From: an uncultured Planctomycetia bacterium
GTDB taxonomy: Bacteria > Omnitrophota > Gorgyraeia > JABMRG01
Direction of reading: 5' to 3'
Length of the DNA stretch: 64,000 nucleotides
Assembly: GCA_964634945.1 (NCBI GenBank)
Contig: CAZWMG010000006.1
Span: 736 to 64,735 of the forward strand
Position 1 is the stretch's first letter. Each line of letters opens with the position of its first letter. A model generated the notes under the pieces. The model was not told the DNA's origin, searched no databases, and worked only from the letters and a program-made list of their open reading frames with translations. Of this stretch, positions 59,172 through 64,000 are shown piece by piece. The translations under genes and the position numbers were made by a program.

Positions 59172-60806
59172 TTAAGCTATAAGAGCGTTATACCCTTTAA
59201 AAAATTCAAAGAGCCTGGACATGTCTTTATCGGTCCAGACCCAAAAATGCTTCTGTTTCGCCAAAAGCCTTGCCGAGGAGCTTATATCTCTCGGCGCTAT
59301 TAATATGACCTTAGGCTTATCGTACTTGAGCGAGCGTATCTTTTCTGATAGGCCATAGACATCTTCTTCCGCGACCTCTTTGCTCGATATTATAAAAAGG
59401 CACTTCTTTTTCGCCCTCCCTGTTATCAAGAGGCTGTTTCCATCAAGCTGTTTAAACCGCATAGAGCTGACACGAGGAAGCACGCGGACCCTTTCATCAA
59501 TAAAAAATTGATCGTCATTAAAAGAGCTAATCAGCTCAATTATGCGCTTATCCAGGCTCTTCTTTCTTTCCGCGCAGGAGATAGCGATCCTCTCTTGTAT
59601 CTCATCAGCGTAATCCGCTCTATCCTGCTGCGGTATAAAATCAAAGCAGAGATTGCGCGGTTTTGATTTTACCTCTATCCATAACCTGAATACCGGATCC
59701 GTAATACTATAAAGGGCCCCGCTCTTTGAAACCATCCCGAGCTCTAATAGACTGTTAATTATCTTATTTAGCTCTGTCGCGGACATGGTGTTCTTGTTCA
59801 TTATATCCTTAATGCGCGCAGGAGAGGAAAAAGACGCCAATATATCCAGAACGTTTGTTTGTGGCGTTGCTGTGTTAATTGATGTAAGCATATTAGTAAA
59901 GAACTGGCCTATCGAGCCGCCGGGGTAAAAAAGAAGCTCCGCGATAATATTACTTAAGTTTTTAATCGCTATTCTCTCCGCGCCATAACCTCTGGCTGAT
60001 TTTATCTTATTTGCGATTGAACTTAAGTAGAAAGGGTGGCCACCGGTAAAAGTCAGTATAAAATCCCTGATATCATCTGAGAAGGCTATGGACTTACATA
60101 TTGAATGTAAAAAATCTCTCGCCTCTAACGGGCTAAACGCGCCTATATTAATTATCTTAAACCCGCCAAAAAGCAATGAAAGTTTTTCTGAAAGTATCTT
60201 CTTGGCGCAAAGAGTGTTTGAGCTTGAAAAAATAAAAAGCGTCTTCTGCTGCACCATTATCTTTTGACCTAGAATCCGGAAAGGCCGCTTAACGGGTAAG
60301 CCTGATATGAGGCTGAATTCATCAAGCACGATTATTGGAAAATATCCTGATTCCGCGTTTAAAATAACATTCAAGTCCCAAACCTCTGAAAACGCGTCAT
60401 CATAACTCTTCTCATCGATGAGCAGATTAACTCTTTTTATCAGATCGCAGCTCTTAGGAAATATATCCTTCGCGCTCCTGAGAAGGTATTGTAATTCATA
60501 TGATTTCTTAAGCCTCTTGCGCTTCTTAAGGCTGTGGTATAAAAGCCTAGTCATAACATTGTAAAGTAAATCTTTGATACCGGCGTTTTTCAGGTTTAAG
60601 TAAACAGGAAGGAGCTTTTTTGAGTTGTCTATCTTGCTCAAAAACTGCAGCAACAAAGAACTCTTGCCTATTAACCCGTTACCTATCAACGCTATGTTAT
60701 GACGATATCCATCCTGGAAAGCTGAGACATTTTCATGCAAGGACTTTAGGATGTCCTCTCTGGCAAAAAATTCTTTTCCAACTACAGGTTCTTCAATATG
60801 CATCAT
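59172..60806 (-). CDS. Archaeal-type AAA ATPase with winged helix and C-terminal domain
   Basis: FFARE, GNGLIGKSS, IIVLDEF, TGGHPFYL, Y.ITDPVF..W. Confidence 0.8.
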   Translation of the reverse strand: MMHIEEPVVGKEFFAREDILKSLHENVSAFQDGYRHNIALIGNGLIGKSSLLLQFLSKIDNSKKLLPVYLNLKNAGIKDLLYNVMTRLLYHSLKKRKRLKKSYELQYLLRSAKDIFPKSCDLIKRVNLLIDEKSYDDAFSEVWDLNVILNAESGYFPIIVLDEFSLISGLPVKRPFRILGQKIMVQQKTLFIFSSSNTLCAKKILSEKLSLLFGGFKIINIGAFSPLEARDFLHSICKSIAFSDDIRDFILTFTGGHPFYLSSIANKIKSARGYGAERIAIKNLSNIIAELLFYPGGSIGQFFTNMLTSINTATPQTNVLDILASFSSPARIKDIMNKNTMSATELNKIINSLLELGMVSKSGALYSITDPVFRLWIEVKSKPRNLCFDFIPQQDRADYADEIQERIAISCAERKKSLDKRIIELISSFNDDQFFIDERVRVLPRVSSMRFKQLDGNSLLITGRAKKKCLFIISSKEVAEEDVYGLSEKIRSLKYDKPKVILIAPRDISSSARLLAKQKHFWVWTDKDMSRLFEFFKGYNALIA

Positions 60807-61480
60807 GGTAGATAATAATATGGGTTTTTTGGTTCGTGACCTTTTCTTATCTCAAAATGGAGTGACGGCGTGGTGGCCCTGCCGGTATCTCCCCCTTTGG
60901 CGATTATCTGATTCTGCTCTACATGATCACCACAATCTACAAGGTTCGCCGCGTTATGCGCGTAGAGAGTAGAATAACCATTTTTATGTTCTACTATAAT
61001 AACCTTGCCCATGCCCTTGACTTTATCATCACAAAAGACAACCTTGCCTGACCTGGAAGCGACTATAGGCTGATTCTTCCTTACCTTTATATCTATTCCC
61101 TTGTTTTTTACTCCATCTATCTTTGAACCATAATATGATATGATCTTCCCTTTTAATGGCCAGATATAGCCCTTTTTACTTCTAACCGCCGCAGGGGCAT
61201 ATTGGTTGACCCTGACAGTCTTTTTAGCTCCGGGGATAAGGAGTTTTTGCCCAACAGCAATGTCTGAGGCATCAGGCATTCTATTGGCATCTATAATCTT
61301 CTTGATGTCAGTATGATATGCCTTAGCTATTCTCCATAGCGTCTCCCCTTTAAGTACCGTGTGATAGGCACCTTGAAAACGCTGGGCGGGTAAAGCCTTG
61401 GTAGTAATAGTCGGCGTAGATGTAGTAGCACACCCTGATAAAAGAGCTGTTAAAAATATTATGATCAATAAGTTTTTCAT
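60803..61480 (-). CDS. LysM plus M23 peptidase-like lipoprotein (NlpD-like)
   Basis: Lipobox LSGC, HTV.KGETLWRIA, NKGIDI, YAHN, LHFEIR. Confidence 0.92.
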   Translation of the reverse strand: MKNLLIIIFLTALLSGCATTSTPTITTKALPAQRFQGAYHTVLKGETLWRIAKAYHTDIKKIIDANRMPDASDIAVGQKLLIPGAKKTVRVNQYAPAAVRSKKGYIWPLKGKIISYYGSKIDGVKNKGIDIKVRKNQPIVASRSGKVVFCDDKVKGMGKVIIVEHKNGYSTLYAHNAANLVDCGDHVEQNQIIAKGGDTGRATTPSLHFEIRKGHEPKNPYYYLP

Positions 61481-61486
61481 CTAGCT

Positions 61487-61568
61487 TTTGTAACCTTTTT
61501 AACCTTTGCAACCTTTGCAACCTTTGCAACCTTTTTAACCTTTTTAACCTTTGTAACCTTTGTAACCT
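61487..61568. repeat. 9-bp tandem repeat (TTT[GT][CT]AACC, about 9 units)
   Basis: Read directly; a related short run lies at ~54442-54464. Confidence 0.85.
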
Positions 61569-61678
61569 AATATGGAGCGGGCAGGCTTCGCTTTTAAAAC
61601 ACGTTTTATCGTGTCCAAGCTACGCCAGCCTATCCGGCGAATACACACCGGATTAGACTTATCAACAGCGAAGCAGGA

Positions 61679-61753
61679 TGGAGCGGGAGACGGGGTTCGA
61701 ACCCGCGACGTCAAGCTTGGGAAGCTTGCATTCTACCACTGAATTACCCCCGC
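61679..61753 (-). tRNA. tRNA-Gly (CCC)
   Basis: GCGGGGG...TTCCCAA anticodon loop...GGTTCGAAC...CTCCCGCTCCA; 75-nt cloverleaf with encoded CCA. Confidence 0.97.
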
Positions 61754-61833
61754 ACAAATCTCATCACGCGCAACGCCTTGGCATTTTTCACAAATAATTA
61801 TCTATTTCTTTGCAATCAAAGCAGGCAACTTGC

Positions 61834-62081
61834 ATCTGCTCATATCTCTTGCCTCCACAGCGCAGGTATTTTTGCCATATATTTAAAATCCATGGCAAAA
61901 AAATCCAATGCGCTGTTAAAGGCAAAGATATAAGCAGATAATAAAATAGTTTAGTTGCAATTGAGTCAAAATCTAAATAGTTGCTTGCGGCTTTGCCGGA
62001 GTAGTGCTTTGGCTTTTTTGCCGTAATTTAAAACTAACGGCAAAATACCAGCAATACGAAGGTAAGAGCCGCGAGCAACTA
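61834..62081. repeat. Two inverted copies of the TTTTTGCC/GGCAAAAA hairpin element
   Basis: 61834-61939 and 61978-62081 share a core with 39184-39293. Confidence 0.75.
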
Positions 62082-62146
62082 TCCCTATATGCATAATCAA
62101 GATTTGTATTTGTTTTAATTGCAAGGAACCATATTATTGCGAAAGA

Positions 62147-63043
62147 TCAAAAACTACAAAGCTTCTTAAATAGCTTAAACCGCTTTTCAATGCTCTTATT
62201 GTTCTGCTTTGAAAGACTGCTTATATCATAACTCTCTACTGTAAAAGACGCCATTACGGTGCCGTAAGCGAGCGCCTTTTTAATGGCCGCGTCATTCATC
62301 TTTGGGGCCCTTGAAAGATAGCCTAAAAACCCTCCGGCAAAGGTATCCCCGGCGCCTGTCGGGTCATAGACATCCTCCATAAGATAGGCCGGAGAAGCAA
62401 AAAAAGTATCCTTTGAAACAAAGAGTACACCATCTTCTCCTTTTTTGATAACTATCTTCTTCGTGCCCCAGGAGATTATCTTTTTCGCTGCCTTTAGAAG
62501 GTTTCCTTCTTTGGTAAGCTGCCTTGCCTCATATTCATTAAGGATGACAATATCTATCTTCTTTAATACCCGCAAGAGAACACTCCTTTTATGCTCAATC
62601 CAGAGATTCATCGTATCTGCCGCTACGATCTTTGCCTTGGACTGTTTGAGTACATCTAGCTGCAGCTCAGGATCAATGTTCGCCAGAAATAGGATATCAT
62701 CCTTTATGTATTCTTTTGGCAGGACAGGTTTAAAATCCTTGAAAAGGTTTAAATCCGTAGCGAGTGTCTTGGCATTATCAAGGTCCCAATCATAGCTGCC
62801 CTTCCACCTGAAGGTCTTTCCCTTCTTTATCTCGAGGCCTTTAATATCCACATTCTTTTTCTTAAGAAGCGTAATATATTTTTTAGGAAAATCCTCTCCG
62901 ACAACAGCGACTAATTTTACTTTTGTGAAATTTGACGCACTTAATGAAAAGTACGTGGCTGAACCACCCGGGGCATTATGGTTTTTGCCAAAAGGCGTAG
63001 TAACATCATCAATAGCAACCGAACCTACTACAACTATTCCCAT
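62147..63043 (-). CDS. PfkB family carbohydrate/nucleoside kinase
   Basis: GGSATY, N.YEA, DPTGAGDTFAGG. Confidence 0.92.
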   Translation of the reverse strand: MGIVVVGSVAIDDVTTPFGKNHNAPGGSATYFSLSASNFTKVKLVAVVGEDFPKKYITLLKKKNVDIKGLEIKKGKTFRWKGSYDWDLDNAKTLATDLNLFKDFKPVLPKEYIKDDILFLANIDPELQLDVLKQSKAKIVAADTMNLWIEHKRSVLLRVLKKIDIVILNEYEARQLTKEGNLLKAAKKIISWGTKKIVIKKGEDGVLFVSKDTFFASPAYLMEDVYDPTGAGDTFAGGFLGYLSRAPKMNDAAIKKALAYGTVMASFTVESYDISSLSKQNNKSIEKRFKLFKKLCSF

Positions 63044-64000
63044 TATATTTTCTCCGATATTTTTAAGGGGCAGTATTCGCCGCACATTGTACAGAGGTCT
63101 TCAGACTCTGTCTTTAATCGTCTATGAATACCCTCCGCTCTTTCAGGATCCAAGGATGAACCGATATGGCCTTTCCAATCGCGTTTCCTACGAAAGATAG
63201 AGACCTTCCTGTCCCAGTCTATGGCCCCTTTAATACCTTTGGCTATATCCGCGCTATGAGCGGCTATCCTGTAAGCTATCAAACCATCCTTGACATCTTC
63301 AAGCGTAGGTATACTAAGATGCTCAGCCGGGGTCACATAGCAAAGATAATCAGCGCCGTGTAATCCCGCGAGTGTAGCGCCAATAACAGATGTGATATGG
63401 TCATAACCCGGCGCTACATCTGTGACCAGAGGCCCTAACACATAAAATGGGGCGTTATCACAATATTTTTGCTGCAATTTCATATTCTTCTCAATCTGAT
63501 TAATCGGTACATGGCCCGGCCCTTCTATCATAACCTGAACACCACAAGCGCGCGCCTTTCTGGCGAGCATGCCCAATATCTTAAGCTCTTCTATCTGTGG
63601 CTTATCTGTAGCGTCACAGACTGAACCGGGCCTTAACCCATCTCCTAGGCTCAAGGATATGTCATACTCCTTGGCGATAGATATGACCCTGTCGAAATCC
63701 TTAAAAAGAGGGTTCTCTTTTTTATTCTTCCTCATCCATTCCGCTATTAACGCGCCGCCTCTGCTAACAATTCCCGCGACACGGCCATATCTTTTTAAAA
63801 GGCTTATTACCTTTCTGGTAACACCGGCATGAATTGTAAAAAAATCCACGCCTTCCCTTGCCTGGGCTTCAATAACATCAAAAATTTCATCTGAAGAGGC
63901 GTTAAAAAATGATTTAGATGCTTCTCGTCTATTGACAGCTATCTCGTATAAAGGCACCGTACCTACGGGCAGAGGTGATTTTTTCAGGATAGCCTTTCTT
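63043..64000 (-). CDS. thiC: Phosphomethylpyrimidine synthase (5' truncated by window)
   Basis: PVGTVPLY, FTIHAG, VSRGG, LGDGLRPG, EGPGHVP, YVTPAEHL, CTMCGEYC. Confidence 0.93.
   Translation of the reverse strand, partial: RKAILKKSPLPVGTVPLYEIAVNRREASKSFFNASSDEIFDVIEAQAREGVDFFTIHAGVTRKVISLLKRYGRVAGIVSRGGALIAEWMRKNKKENPLFKDFDRVISIAKEYDISLSLGDGLRPGSVCDATDKPQIEELKILGMLARKARACGVQVMIEGPGHVPINQIEKNMKLQQKYCDNAPFYVLGPLVTDVAPGYDHITSVIGATLAGLHGADYLCYVTPAEHLSIPTLEDVKDGLIAYRIAAHSADIAKGIKGAIDWDRKVSIFRRKRDWKGHIGSSLDPERAEGIHRRLKTESEDLCTMCGEYCPLKISEKI

Noticed and set aside
61487-61568. Possible CRISPR array
   Set aside because: Contiguous 9-bp units without spacers; no cas genes in the window.
3108-63832. 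Many short antisense ORFs in the supplied track
   Set aside because: They are shadows of longer, motif-bearing genes on the opposite strand or frame.

Overview
AT-rich bacterial chromosomal window, most likely Candidatus Omnitrophota of the PVC superphylum (inferred from the PVC signature small basic protein at 52587-52868 and from gene content). A dif-like site at 4909-4936 and the change from plus-strand to mostly minus-strand genes suggest the replication terminus. The first ~8 kb is accessory: a SIR2-like gene, a trypsin-like protease, a RuvC-like/Ser-Thr kinase pair, and two toxin-antitoxin modules. One TA module is flanked by a duplicated dusB 3' end. Two large mosaic proteins follow (9.3-16.5 kb). 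They and an 81-aa mini-protein share a signal peptide followed by an [A/S]LRP motif and an AI-small-residue C-terminus, but the large ones carry cytoplasmic-type enzyme and DNA-binding domains; this is the best candidate for an undescribed export/effector system. The rest is housekeeping (fusA, ychF, yajQ, aroB, dgt, thyA, thiC, tRNA-Gly), envelope genes, and a c-di-GMP-rich region (class I riboswitch, three PilZ, two HD-GYP, ECF sigma). Several families of dispersed palindromic intergenic elements are also present. All calls come from reading motifs by eye; no database searches were run.
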